Below are positions 13,556 through 26,460 of a stretch of DNA of 64,000 nt, piece after piece. The notes under the pieces were generated by a model. It worked only from the letters and a program-made list of their open reading frames with translations, was not told the origin of the DNA and ran no database searches. The first letter of the stretch is position 1; each line of letters opens with the position of its first letter. The stretch is from Anthoceros angustus (lineage: Eukaryota > Plantae > Anthocerotophyta): positions 248,001 through 312,000 of the forward strand of contig VJWM01000186.1 of assembly GCA_010909165.1 (NCBI GenBank), written 5' to 3'. Made by a program: the position numbers and the translations under genes.

Positions 13556-13856
13556 GTCCATTCTCTGAAGGTAAATTGGCCTTTAAGTGGGAGGTTGTAA
13601 GGGTATTAAAGCCCAATGTACTTAGACTAATACACTTAGTCTAAGTTAGGTGTCGATTAAGTATCATTAGTTTAGCTTAAGCTAATCATTAGGAAGCTTC
13701 TTGTGCTCCTTCCTAGGAGCTTCTTGTGGAGCTTCCTAGGGAGCCCTATTGGAGGGTATAAATACCCTCCAAGCCTCATCTCAATCAGAGAGAGCTACTC
13801 TTGCCTCCTCCTCTCCTCTCCTCCTTCCACCAGCATGGCTGCCCCACGATCCTTCA

Positions 13857-14126
13857 CTCTAGCCTATGTAGAAACTCCTTTGCAGCCACAAATGGTGCAA
13901 CAATATGATTACCAAGACCAAAAATTCTTAAGTTCAAAGCACAGCGAGCACGGTTCGCCGTCTCGGAAACAACTTCCGATACTGTGTTGCCACCATGACA
14001 AGAAGGAGAAGGGGGATCATTAATCCCCATAAGGTTTTTACCAGTAAGCTTCTCCAAATATGTAGGTAAAACTTTGTGGTGGCGAAAACCCCGGGGCTTC
14101 CGAAGCTTTCCCCCTCTAGCGGCCAC
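13857..14126 (-). pseudogene. L1/LINE ORF1p-like protein, 5' half
   Basis: NRARCALNLRIFGL motif; removing Copia-1 plus one TSD joins ...KEFLHRLE to VDVVVPRAFWLGK in frame. Confidence 0.72.
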
Positions 14127-14137
14127 ACTTATCCCAT

Positions 14138-14932
14138 TGTCGCTTCGTACGTTGGGTTTCGTCCCATGAGACTCGTGTGAAAATTCGAGGTCCTACGATA
14201 TCCGATTAGTACATGCAAAGACACAACTTCTCAGCCTTCTAAACGAGCAAGGCGCCCTCTACTCACCCTCTTGCAGCAGCTACGCCGCTCGCATTGCTCC
14301 GAAAGACCTCCAATCCCCGACCTACAAGCGACCACGACCGGTTCGGGCCACGGCGAGGCCTATCGCGGCACCAGTGACCCCGATCCAGCGCAATTTCGTC
14401 CCTACTTAAGGCCCTCTTCTCCACTCGGGGCGCCCTTTTTACTTGCGGTTGGGATTCGTCCCTTAGGCTCACTGGCCTTCCACTAACACCTACACTTCTA
14501 ATCCTCTACTCATCCCCTCATCCTTTTCCTCCTATTCTAACCTCGATTCAGCCCTCGGCCCGGCTCGCCCTTCGGCTGCTGCCTCGGGCGTCCTCCGACA
14601 AGTTCTTTCTTGGGCCGGTTGCTATGAGCTTGACACCAATCGGCGAGTATCTCCAGGGAGTCCGTCCGTGCAGTCTTTCTTGGCCGAGAGTTCCTGGGCA
14701 TTGCCACACACCCGAAGTAAAGAAACTTCACAGCAACCATTCACAAGGGAGCAACTTGTTTAGGCACTTGCAAGGGGCAAGTCCTCCACCAAGCACTCCA
14801 ACCACCGCGGCTTCCTCTCTACCGGATACTGCGTTGGCTCACAGACGGTATGGAATTCGAGTATGGAAGCGCAAGACATGATACTTTACTTTGTGAAATC
14901 CTCCTCCTCTTATAGGAGGCCTTCCACATACA
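14138..14932 (-). mobile_element. Putative 3' LTR of Gypsy-type host element A
   Basis: On the - strand a PPT-like AAGGGAGG precedes TGTA at 14932; a candidate end ...CGACA lies at 14138 next to the LINE ORF1. No partner LTR in the window. Confidence 0.4.
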
Positions 14933-15686
14933 ACCTCCCTTGGGTGACCCTACTGTAGATCACCTTTCCCAATATTTTATTATTTCCTACTGCCAGCATT
15001 TAAGGCCTGGCATCTAAGCCTACTGTCTAATTCAGGATAAATTCTATTCTAGCAACTTCACCTAAGATCATCCTTAAAGGATGTCGGTCTATCTCACCTA
15101 TCCTTTCTATTCTCCTACTCAACATTTATGGTCTTTGACCATACCTAGTCCTCACCTTGCTGGGATAGTGACGTGTCCTTTGTGGATTGGCTCCCTCGCC
15201 CTCCTTTTGCTCCTGTCCCCTCCCCAAATTCTGTCTTCTTCCTAGCTTGTGGGGCAAGTACCATGTTGCCCCTTCCTCCTACTCCGCAGGGCGGCGCCTT
15301 GATTCCTCTCATCCTTCCAGGTAATCACGCCCCCTTTCGCGCACTCAAGCGCCCTTTCTTCCAGCCTCCGCCGCCTGGCCGCGCTCCTTCTTCAATCACC
15401 CTACCGCGGTAGTCTGGCAGACTACCAGGGTAGCCTGACTACCTACCATGGTAGTCTGGTCCCCTTCCCCTTTCTTCCTTCCTCTTCATTGGCGATGACC
15501 CTTGGGTTGGAATCCTCTTTGCTCCTTTCCTCCTGTTTGGTTTGTCCATACCTATCATGGAGCATCTTCAAAGAGTCTTCATCCCCCATTTGCTGGCCGA
15601 TGTCGCCACTAACTCCTCCGGGCCCTTTTCGCGTTGGTCTCCTGTCCTGGCCTGGGCTCTTCCCTTATTCGCGGGGTGAGGGAACT

Positions 15687-18600
15687 TGTTACGGGTTAAG
15701 CTGCTATATGCTTAACTTATCATATTTAGATATACCTTTCTGTTTTTAGGGTTTGGTTATTTAATGAACATATATGAGACCTTTTTTGACATGTTCAATT
15801 AATTCATTTTCTGGATACACATGTTTGTGTGCTCTGCCTAAGCCTCTTAGCTATAGTCAAATCTAGCAAATGATTATGTAATGATACTTCACATGGTATC
15901 GAGCCTTTTAAGGATCGATGTTTTTCTCGTTATTGATAATGCCTCGGCGGTGGATCTGTCGGGCGTGGCTCACGTTTTGCGGATGTGATAATTACACAAG
16001 CCCCTAGGACTGACTCCGTGACTCAACGCCCTTGCATATTCCGGTGGGAAGAAGCTGGTCTTTGTAACCAAAATTGGTCAAGGGACGGAGGCGTGCCGAA
16101 CTACTTCAACTCCAGCAAAGGATTTTCAAATTAGAGATTACCGGGCCGTGACGTTTTACAAAGATCGGAGGAGGGACAGAGAGGCAATCTGCATACCGCG
16201 GGCATGTCTTTGCTACTACCAACTCCACAGACCACCAAGACCGGTTCGATACATTTCCTTCTTCTAGTGGGCTCCTCCTGCGATTGCCACAACGAGGCCG
16301 CCTCTAGATTCGAATTCTTCCCTCAAAGAGATTCTCAACACATGTAATCAATCAACACAAGAATTTTCGTCAACAACATGCAAGCTCGGCAAATTTCGAT
16401 GTTTTCAACGAGAAATGGACATTGAAGATAAAGGAGATCACGATCACGCAAAGATTGGAGATTCGCTCGATCAGGTTGCAGTGTTCCCATCTTCCACCTT
16501 CCGCCGAGAGCAACGAGGTGTGAGGCGTCGCGTGTGTCTTCACGCCTCTTCGCATCGCTGGCGAGCAGCACACAGGAGCTTTGAGGTCGGAAGTCGTTCT
16601 CTCCAGCGGCGCCTGCGTGATGTGAAGCGCCGGCAACCGCCGCGACCTATTCCGGCATATGGTATAGTTCTTTGCGGATGTCTGACGAGATTCTTACGTT
16701 GTGGTGAGATTGACAACCCTTTGTTGTTCTCATGAGTCCTCGAAGAGACGTCTTTGCTCGCTTAACTTCAAAACACCAACCGGCGTTTCTTGCATAAGTT
16801 AGGCAAACCGAAGCGATAATTTTTTTTGTTTTTCCGTCCACGATGCATGCATAGTAACAAGAGTTATTGACCTTGGACATCGGACACAGCTAGGATAGCT
16901 TTTCTATCCCTTCTCCGTATCGTTGACTGAATCTCGCATCTTATCTTGTTAGGTACACATCAAGATGTAATTTTCATAGCAAAGTCTAAGGGCATTTGTA
17001 CTCGACTGTGTAGTTTGAGCCATAGCTCACATTACCTCGTTAGCTTCATATGTCCACGGGACCCCTCTTATCTGTGGATACCTTAAGTAGCTTGTTTCAA
17101 GCACTTAGTCTTGGACGATTGTAATCACGCAATCCATAACCGATACTCCGAATCATGTCTGAGTTAAACCCACACACCGAGCTGAAAAGATCGGTTTAAC
17201 GGCTCACACTACTGGCGTGTCAGGATGAAGTCCATCTTGTTAGCCCGACGTGTCCGAAATAGTGGATGGGACTACCCCGGACCCCAATGCAACTCCGGCA
17301 CCATCTGCGGTCGGATCGGAGTGGGATGAATTGAACAGCATTACAATTGCTCTACTAATAGCGATTGCATCGACCTCATTTCCAGTCGAGTTTCTCGAAA
17401 GCTTCAATCTGGAAGAAGACATACAAGGCTACAAATGTCTTGACCCTTGTTGGTGTTAAGTATGAGTTTTATGCCTTGAGGATGAAAGAGGGGATAAGGT
17501 AGCGGCTTTCACAAGTAAATTCCGTCACCTTAGAGCCCGGATGACTCTATCCGGTACGAAGATGGAGGAAGTAGATCTTGTCTGAACTCCTCGCGAGACT
17601 CCTTCATTCAATCCTTTGTTACTAGCGAATGGACCCTTGAGAGGCTGCGAATGTTCTGCTGCTGCTCTGAAGTGCAAACATCACATTAGAGGATGTCATA
17701 GGCGCTTTGTATGAGGAGCAAAGCCGGATGTTTTCTTCAAACACTTCTAAAAGTAGAACTGAGAAGGCATTATTCACACTCCCAAATCATTCAAAGGCAA
17801 AGGAAAAGTTGAGGTAAACCGCAGGTTCGATTCCGCTGGTCCAACTAAACGTCCAGCAACTTGGTGTGGTATAGCTGGACATTGGGCGAATGCAAGAAAA
17901 AGAAGGCGGGGAACCGCGTGCTCCTAAAAGCTCAACTAGTTCTGCATTGCGATTAAGGAGAAGACATCCGTGACACCAAACCTGTGGTGAAGATCCTAAC
18001 AATGTGCCTTGCTCGTTCCATATGTGATGAAGATGGTGGTACTTGGATTCGTGCCACATCTCACATCTCTAGACGCTTTATGTGCTGCAATCTATGTAAT
18101 GGCTGAAAAGAGTCTGTTGGGAGATGAGCGACATCATTCATCTCAAATCCATGGCGTGGCATGTGTAAATTTACTTTGCACGATGGATCCATTCTTACCG
18201 AAAATGTACTCTATGTGCCATCCATGGCGAAGAACTTGGTCTCTCTCGATGCGACCGAGCATATGACATGACTAGTGAGGATACTTGTCTCTTCTACAAG
18301 AGGTCGAGCCTTCAATCGGCATTTAAAGGTACATTAGATCATGATCTGTATAGACTTGATTTATGCACCTCCCACCGAGCTAGCCTTGTCTCCGAGAAGT
18401 CCCAACGCCTTGCTCGTGGCACGCGGCTTGGTCACGTTAATAAGAAAACTAGTTGACATGTCACCGCAAGAGTGCCACCTTGAGCCTCTTCCACAGTTTT
18501 CAAGGACTTACCTTCTTGTGAAGCTGCATTGTTGCTAAGCAAGGCCCATCCCTTTCCATTTGACAACCTACAGCATCGGTTGTCCTTGAGTTAGTTCATG

Positions 18601-21600
18601 CAGACATCTCGTAAGATACATGTCCCATCTCCGGGTGGTTCTATCTATTACCTCGCATCACCGACTATTCTCGATATACTTGGACGCGTTCGATGCACTT
18701 TAAGAGTGATACATTCGAGCTCTTCCGTGATTGGCTATTGCTGAAAAACAGATTGGTTCTTTTGTCAAGTACCTTGATCGACAATGGAAGTAATTCAATG
18801 AGGCTTTTGACACATTCACGCAAGAGAGGGGATCAACGTCAACTTACAATCCCTCCATAGCAATGGCGTGGCTGAAAAAAATCAAACCTTGCTGGCCATG
18901 ACACGGAGTATGTTATTGTGGGCTAACTTACCTCAAGAGTATTGAAGCCATTGTTGCGCCATCTATATTCTCAATCGACTTTTACAAGTTCAGTCCCTCT
19001 CGGACTCCATATGAGGCTTTCGAAACGCATAAACCCGCTTTGCTACATCTACATGTTTGGTTCACGTGCTTTTGCTCTCATCCCAGGAGAAGCGTAGAAA
19101 GGATCCGAGAGCCCAAGCACTTGTTTTTTCGGGTATAGTGAGCAGTCAAAGCTTACAAACTTTATGACCACCCGCGTCGTTTGTGTTACGTTCATCACAT
19201 TTCTTGAGATTGACAGCCCCTCATAATCGGCCACCCAGCGGGGAGAAAATGGCATACCTCGGCTACAGACATTTATTCATTTTCCCGATGACACTCATGA
19301 CGAGGAGATGATACAACTGTCCAACTCCGATATTGCACCTCCCCTGCTCAACCGGTCCTCATACCCCTCCACATGCATCGCAAATGTTCATTAATCCCGA
19401 CGATCCATATGAGTATGAGGATGTACCTTTCCCTAATCCGAATCGATCTAGCGGGAGATGATGATTATCAAATGGTCATGGAACATGTACGAGGCGATGA
19501 CACCTTTTTCAAGATGAAGAGCCGATCCTCTGACGTTCTACGAAATCGTCCTCCACCGAGCAATGGAAAGAGCCACGTTATGAATCAATCGACTTTAGAA
19601 CAACATATACCGACATCTGCAGCTTCTAGCACTATACACCGAGCCCAAGTCTTTAATGAAGCATATTCAGTCCCTGAACGAGATAAGTGGAAGTTTGATG
19701 AGCGATGAATACAATTCTCTCGTCAAGAATAACACGTGGAAGTTAGTAGACCTCCCACAGCGGAAAACCTACCTCCGCAAGTGGGTTTTCAAGTTAAAGT
19801 TGAATGCTAAGGAGAGATTGCAGGATATAAAGCACACGGTTGCAAGATTCACGCAAGTGGAAGGGCTAGACTATCGAAACATTCTCTGTTGTTAGGGCAC
19901 AGTCAATTAGGATGATAATCGCCCTAGTAGTTTGACGGACTTACGGCAAATGGACGTGCATGACTTTCTTGTATGGTGCGTTAGATGAAGACCTTTACAT
20001 GCAGGAAGGTATGAAGACTCTAAGTATCCAAAGAAAGTTAAGCTCAGACCATTTATGGTGCGAAGCAGTGTGTCGGTATTTCACTATACATGAGCACTTG
20101 ATTAACAACTCATTTGTTCAAAGCTCGGTGATGGTACTTGCTACTAACGAAGGAACCGCCACGTCATTCTAGCACCGTATGTTGATGACGTGATTTTGGC
20201 CACTAATAGCCAACCCTTGTTGCGAGGTCAAAGAAATGCTAAGCAACAAGTTTGAAATGAAGGATATCGGTGAGCTACGTTTACGCCTTGGCATTCTAAG
20301 GGTCGACACGAGAGTTGATCATCATTCATCGGTATCAATATATTCAGCTACATAAGTTTAAGCTTGAACATGCCGCCATCTACTACACCATATGTAGGGA
20401 CTAAGCTCACTAGTCCCAATGTCCACAAGGTGCGACGTGAGGAGATGGCATGTGTCCCCTGCATGCCATAGGAAGCTTAATTTTATAGCTAACGGACAAG
20501 GCGGACATCCAAGATTCAACAAGACCTATCCCAATTTCGGAAAATCCAGTCGAGTTCATTGGCGAGACCAAACGTGTCTTCCGTTACCTAAAATTACTAT
20601 CCTATGGACTAGCATACTAAACCGAATGTGAAACTTCTGTTGAAGGCTTCACAGATCGATTGGGCATCGGACCATCGTCAAGCCTTTCTACATATTGTTT
20701 CTCCTCTCCTCACCAACGGAGCTGCAGAAACAAACATCGGTTGCCCTCGGTCAGAGGCCGAGTAAGAGTCGAGGCCTCTAAGGAGGCAGTGGATACGAAC
20801 CTTTTTGATGATTTGGGGCAGCACAGCAGGCCAACCCACTTCTATGTGACAACATGTCCACTCTTGCGCTTGTTGCAAATCCTAAATTTCATGCACGCAT
20901 ACGAAACACATTGAAATTCAACATCACTATATTAGAGATGTGGTTCATCGTAGTATTATAAAGTGCCATGTTCCAACAGGAAAATGTCTGACATCCTTAC
21001 AAAGGGCCTTCCCAAGCATCTACACTACCGGCATATGGAAGGCCTAGGGCTTATTGATTTCCTGCCCTATGAGCGAGAACTAAGTAACTCTTATACGTGA
21101 GAGGGGTTCGGATGACCACATCCACAGTTTATTGTGATGCTCTCCATATATTTCCTCCGCCCCGGATACATCACACAGCTATAAATTCTTTGGAAAATCG
21201 ACCAACGGTGGATGACTTATTTGAAAGATCAAATCACCTCGGGTTAGTCAGCAAATTTACTCCTCCCTTCTCTCTCATCCTTGATCCTCTCAAGTAGCTT
21301 GATAGTTCCCTCTAGTTGCTTGGGATAAGGGTGTCTCCTTCTTCACCGGCATTGGCGGGAAGGTTGGAGGTCTCCCCTTTTTCACTATTCCAAAGAGCAG
21401 GCTGACTTTCGCTTCCAAGTTGAAAGGACCTGGATGAACCCTCATCCCCACTCCGATTTGTAGTCGCAATCTGACCATAAGGCAGCTTCCCTCTCCTCCA
21501 CATTTCGTAGAGGTTGCATCATCTATTTGAAAGGATTCCCTTTACTCTTTCCCTCTCAAGGCCAGATCTTCCGTATAGTTTTGCGGCTTCTAGTCTTCAT

Positions 21601-22103
21601 GATGCAGGCTAACCTTTTGCACGAAGAACACCGATTCAACTTCAGGAGGTTTTGCAGACAAGGTGGGATCCATATGGTGAATCTGTTGGGCTATAATCTT
21701 CTCGGTACGGGTACCCCGCAGTTAGAGATCACTCGAACCACGAATGGAGAGTAATCAGGGAGCCATGAAGATGGAAGCCACAGTGAGCGATTCTTGTGGA
21801 ATCGCGTGCGGCCCTACAATGACAGCGATCTGTGGAATCACGAGGGTATTTTACTAGAGTTTTCTACGGGATATTCTCATAATTATCTAGTTAAGCTCAT
21901 GTTTAAGAGTGTTACGTTGCTATATGCTTAACTTATCATATTTAGATATACTCTTTACATTTTTAGGTTTGGTTATTTAATGAACATATATGAGACCTTT
22001 TTGACATGTTCAATTAATTCATTACAGATACACATGTTTGTGTGTCTGCCTAAGCCTCTTAGCTATAGTCAAATCTAGCAAATGATTATGTAATGATACT
22101 GCT
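15687..22103 (+). mobile_element. Copia-2: full-length Ty1/Copia with long leader and 3' antisense cassette
   Basis: LTRs 15687-15891 and 21910-~22103; PBS CATGGTATCGAGC at 15892; TSD GAACT 15682-15686 (right copy readable at 42040-42044; empty site 36098-36102); gag from ~17154, IN, RT, RH ending ~21090. Confidence 0.93.
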
Positions 22104-25100
22104 GTAACTCTCACCCTCCCTTCCTCGACGGGTGGACATCCCGTCTTCTCCACCAGTGGGGTTTCCCCACCGCCTCGTCTCCTTCCTCCGGGGTATGCCA
22201 CCGACCCCCTCCTTCATTCCTAGCTAGGCCTCCGTGGTCTGACTCCCCAAGAGTTCCCTTCCCCTGGTGCTCTACCCCACCGGTAATCGCGGACTACTGG
22301 GTGTGGGTGGCAAATCCCATGATGGTAGTCCGGCAACTACTGTGGTGGTGGTCACCACTGTGGTAGGGTGACCCCCTCCTGTCCCCCTCCTTACTCTCCC
22401 TCCTCTTGGCCTTGGGCCTCTCCTCCATCTTCCGACTCCCCAGATTCTTTGGAGTCCATGTCACTTGTGGCCTCATCAAAATCTGAGGCCTCTGGCTGCA
22501 CCTGTTGCAGCTCCTTCCTGTCATCATCATGAGGACCCAATGTCCTCCTCTTGGCCAAGCGCAATACCTCGTTATTGGCCTTCAAAATCCTGTTGTGGAG
22601 ATGGGCCCCTAAGCTATGATACTGCATTTGGAGATCATCAATCTCCGTGGTGGCCTCTCCATCCTCGCACCTACTCTTGTAGGCATCCCTTGCGGTGGTT
22701 AATTCCCCCACCTTCACATGGAGGGTTACATTCTCCTCCCTCACTTCCCGTAGCTGGTTGGCCATCTTTGCTTGAAGGGCATAATACTTAAAACCTTCTC
22801 TTCTCACTACATCCTGCCACCTTCTTGTGGTGCTCCTCCTCCTGGGACCTCTTTCCTTCCAAGTCCCTTAGTTGCTGGGCAAGCCCTTCCCTCTCCGCTT
22901 GCCAAGCACTCCTCTCGCCGCTCCAATCTTGGTCTTGAGCTCCAACTCCAGCTTCTCCTCCAAATTGTCAGGGTTCTCGAATTCTTCCTCTGTCCGGATC
23001 TTGATGGCTTGGGTAGCCATCACACTGCTCTGTCGTCCATTTCTTTGGAGCCACCTTCTCCTTCCTAGAGCCTCTGTTTTGCCCTTCGCTCTTGCTCTAA
23101 TTGGGCAAAATGCTCTTCATATACATCTCCATGAGTCTTTTGGGTGGTTGCGGACGGCTCTCTCCTTTGAGCCAACCTTCCCTCCAAGACCTTTTCCGCT
23201 CTTCGGTCTATGAGATCCCGCCTGGAGCTTCTCCATTTCTCCGGCTTGGTCACTTCTCACTGACTCCATGGCTTCCGGTTGCCACTTGGTCCCTGCCTCC
23301 TTTCAGCCATCATCTCTGGGCCTTGACTTCCTCCCGACATGCCCACAAGGGAGGCGCTAGTTCCCTAGCCCCCTCTGGTACGCTACCGAGTGCTTCACAA
23401 GCACCTGAAATCTCCTAGGGGCCCAAATTGCCCCTTGGCCCTCTTGCTGGAAATTTCCACCCTTTCCACACTCCTCGCGCCATCGCTTCAAGATAGGCCT
23501 CAGATGCAGGCCCAGCTCTCCCACCCAGCGGGTGATGGTGGCGCTGGCCGCCAAGGGCCTTTGCCGCTTCTCCTCCTTCCCTACCAGAGGCTACTTGCTT
23601 ACCCAGAGGCCCGCCACCGTAGGGTTGTTCCCTACCGCTAGTTCACCTACAGTGGTAGGTCGACCGCCTACCACGGTGAGTCCGCACCCACCGGTTAGGG
23701 CTACCTCCGGCCGGGCCGGGTGCCTCTTCCAGGCACCCATGAAATGGTGGGGACCCCCGCCTTGGGGTTGTCACCCCTCCGCGTAGTCCTCCTCTCATAG
23801 ACTACCATCCGGCCCTCCTACCTGGACCTTGCCTCCCTTCCCTTGCTCTTGTGGAAAGGCTCTATCCTAAGAACCTTGTTGCCTCCTTTTCCTACTTGCG
23901 CCTGCAAGCTTGTGGAGGTCCGCCTCCATCGCCTTCTCCTCAAAGCGAAGGCAAAGGCCTTTCCAAGCTTGGTGGCTGAGGTGAATTATTTCCTCAAGGA
24001 TGCAAGCATCCTCCGAGCCTCACGGTGAGAGCCTCTGCCCACAAGTGCACCAAATAGGTGCTGAGATAACAGGGCCTTGCCCCTTCCTCATCTACCGAAT
24101 TTGGCCTAAGGAGGTTCTCCTTGTGGTGGATATAAGCCTCATACATTATGGTGCCCCAATCCGGCTTGGCTCCTCTCGAAATCTTCCACAATAATTGAAG
24201 AAAGTTGGTGTCGAAATAAGAAGTCTGCTGATAATTTACCAACCCCAACACAATCTTTGCAAAGAGCCTCCACTTTAGCTCCTTGATACTATCCGTCTTC
24301 CAGCCATTCTCTTGGCATGGGCCTTCACTCTTCCAGTCATCATGTCGAGGACCTCCCTGGAATTTCGAGGGGCAGTCCTCTTCCTCCATTTGTCCTCTCG
24401 AGAGAGCACTCGAGCCTCCTCCCCGCCCATACACTACTGTTGAATGCTCCTGATGTGCCGGTCATGATCAACATTCTGCTGAAATTAAGCTTACTCGCTT
24501 AGGGTTAATTATCGGTTATTTATTTAGGTTTTATTATCTAAGGTCATCTAGTGAAGAGGCACCTAGTGCATATATGAATATACTTTTAAACACTTTTGTA
24601 CATTATTATTCTTATCAATTTGTCTCATGTTCTTTTCCTCCCTGCCTCCCTGTCGGTCATGTCCTATTGTCATGTCCAATAATTATCATGGTCGAGCCAT
24701 GAGCATATACGATTACAAACTTTGCTATCGTACACACTTCGTACCGCTGCTGCAGGATGGAAACTAAGAATCTAATTTCTATGAGTCATTCGGACAAGTA
24801 AGAAGAGTTGAATTAACAGCACCATCTCCATCAGTCAATCTTGTTGAAGACCCCGCCCCTTCCCCGCAAGTCGAGTTAGCCTAATTTCTATGGATTATGC
24901 TACTAATGGAATGATTATCCAGACGCCCAACCGCATGCGTAATATTCTTTGTAGTATGTACTCTAAAGAAAAATGCCAAGACGCAGGAAACAAGAAGCTA
25001 CAAGGCTCATCATTTTCGTCAACCCAGACTGGCGGAGTGCTCAGGATATACAAATAATGGCAATTATCACGACAATCACCATCATGCCAATTCATCTACA

Positions 25101-25974
25101 AGATCGTGCCTCTGGGTGAAATTGATGGATCTTACCAGTTGGATCAGTAAATTCCAAGTTTTGAGTGATCATTGTCGCGACTACTTCTCATTGAGAAAGC
25201 AAGATCTCTGTATTTGCGTAAGAAATGATTTTTGAGCGTGAGATGTATAGACCACGTCCGATTTAACATTTATAATTTTTGGGGGATATATCAATTTCTC
25301 TACCGAGACAAGACCCCTTGTCACTTAAGAACACCTTACCTAGAACAGATATGTGCCCTACTTTGATAATGCACACACCCTTTCTCGAGGTCATATCTTT
25401 GATAAAAGATGCACTTTCAAGTCTACACCGAGAACTGGAGCATGAGGGTGTGGGCCCGTTATGCTTTAGTAGAATGCATAGAGGGCTGCCATTTTCATAT
25501 GTTTATTACAACCGAAAACTTTTACTTTCAAGTGGTGGAACACAATGAAAACAATCGCATTAGCGGAGTCTCATTTAAGTGGTCGTGAGAACATTGCAAC
25601 AAACAATCAAGGAGGAAGTGGTCATCAAGATCGATCAATAGCCATTCAAGAGTGCGGCCCGGCGACTCATCCATGCCTCGAAATCGAGTCAAGTACCACC
25701 GCCATATTCGAGGCGGTCCATATCCTCCGCCTCGTTGTCGCTCTCCATTGCTTGCCTGCCTTCAATAGTATCATTCTTGGGCCCGCTCGACGGTGTCGAT
25801 CACACAAAGATCTAGGGTCTCACGACCCTCATCCAAAAGGTCGCCACGTGGTCTTCAACCTTCCGCACTCAATGCAACCACTTGGGCTTTAAGGCAATGC
25901 CAACGTCCTTAAAATGAACAAAGTTAGTTGCCCATGCGCCCATGCAAGCATCCTTAAAATCAACAAAATTGAAG

Positions 25975-26046
25975 TGGAGGACGAGGTTTGAACACAAAAC
26001 CTATTCGTTACTACACTTATTTCCCAAACACTAGACCAACAAGTCC
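25975..26046 (-). other. tRNA-like (Pol III A/B box) degenerate sequence inside the TIR element
   Basis: 72 nt, GGACTTGTTGGTCTAGTG...GTTCAAACCTCGTCCTCCA, with an A-box-like TGGTCTAGTG and a B-box GTTCAAACC; stems poorly paired. Second copy 45787-45858. Confidence 0.5.
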
Positions 26047-26094
26047 ATGGTTGAGATACTCTTGAGGCGCTAAATATTTATTTTGAAGACAGCC

Positions 26095-26460
26095 TAGGAG
26101 AGGCGCCGGCCGGCGCCCATGGGTAGGGCGGTGTGCTGGGGAGGCGGCGCCCATGGGCAGGCATGGCGTGTTGGTGGGCGGCGGCGGCGTGTTGGCGCGG
26201 CGTGCGGGGCGGCGGCGCCATGGGCGGTGTGCTAGGGCGGCGGCCCGGCCCGGCGGTGTGCTAGGGGAGGGCGGCGGCCGGCGCCCATGGGCGGTGTGCT
26301 AGGGAGGCGGCCGGCCGCGCCCATGGGCGGCGGCGTGTTGGGGGCCGGCCGTGGCATGGTTGCTAGAGGCGCCGGCCGGGCGGTGTGTGCTAGGGGAGGG
26401 CGGCCGCCCGGCCCCATGGCGAGCATCTTGGGGAGGCGCGGTCGGGCGCCTCCTGCCCAT
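26095..26460. repeat. GC-rich minisatellite with palindromic GCCCATGGGC core
   Basis: Recurring GCGCCCATGGGCGGTGTGCTAGGG-like units; repeated at ~45905-46280. Confidence 0.85.

Larger units (their letters stand above)
8713..13856 (+). mobile_element. Copia-1: full-length Ty1/Copia LTR retrotransposon (Tnt1/Tork-like)
   Basis: LTRs 8713-8962 and 13596-13856 (TG...CA, near-identical); TSD CTCTA 8708-8712 and 13857-13861; tRNA-iMet-type PBS 8963-8976; PPT AAGTGGGAGG before the 3' LTR; gag-PR-IN-RT-RH order. Confidence 0.97.

Noticed and set aside
25975-26046. Functional tRNA gene
   Set aside because: Acceptor, anticodon and T stems pair poorly; kept only as a tRNA-like cassette.
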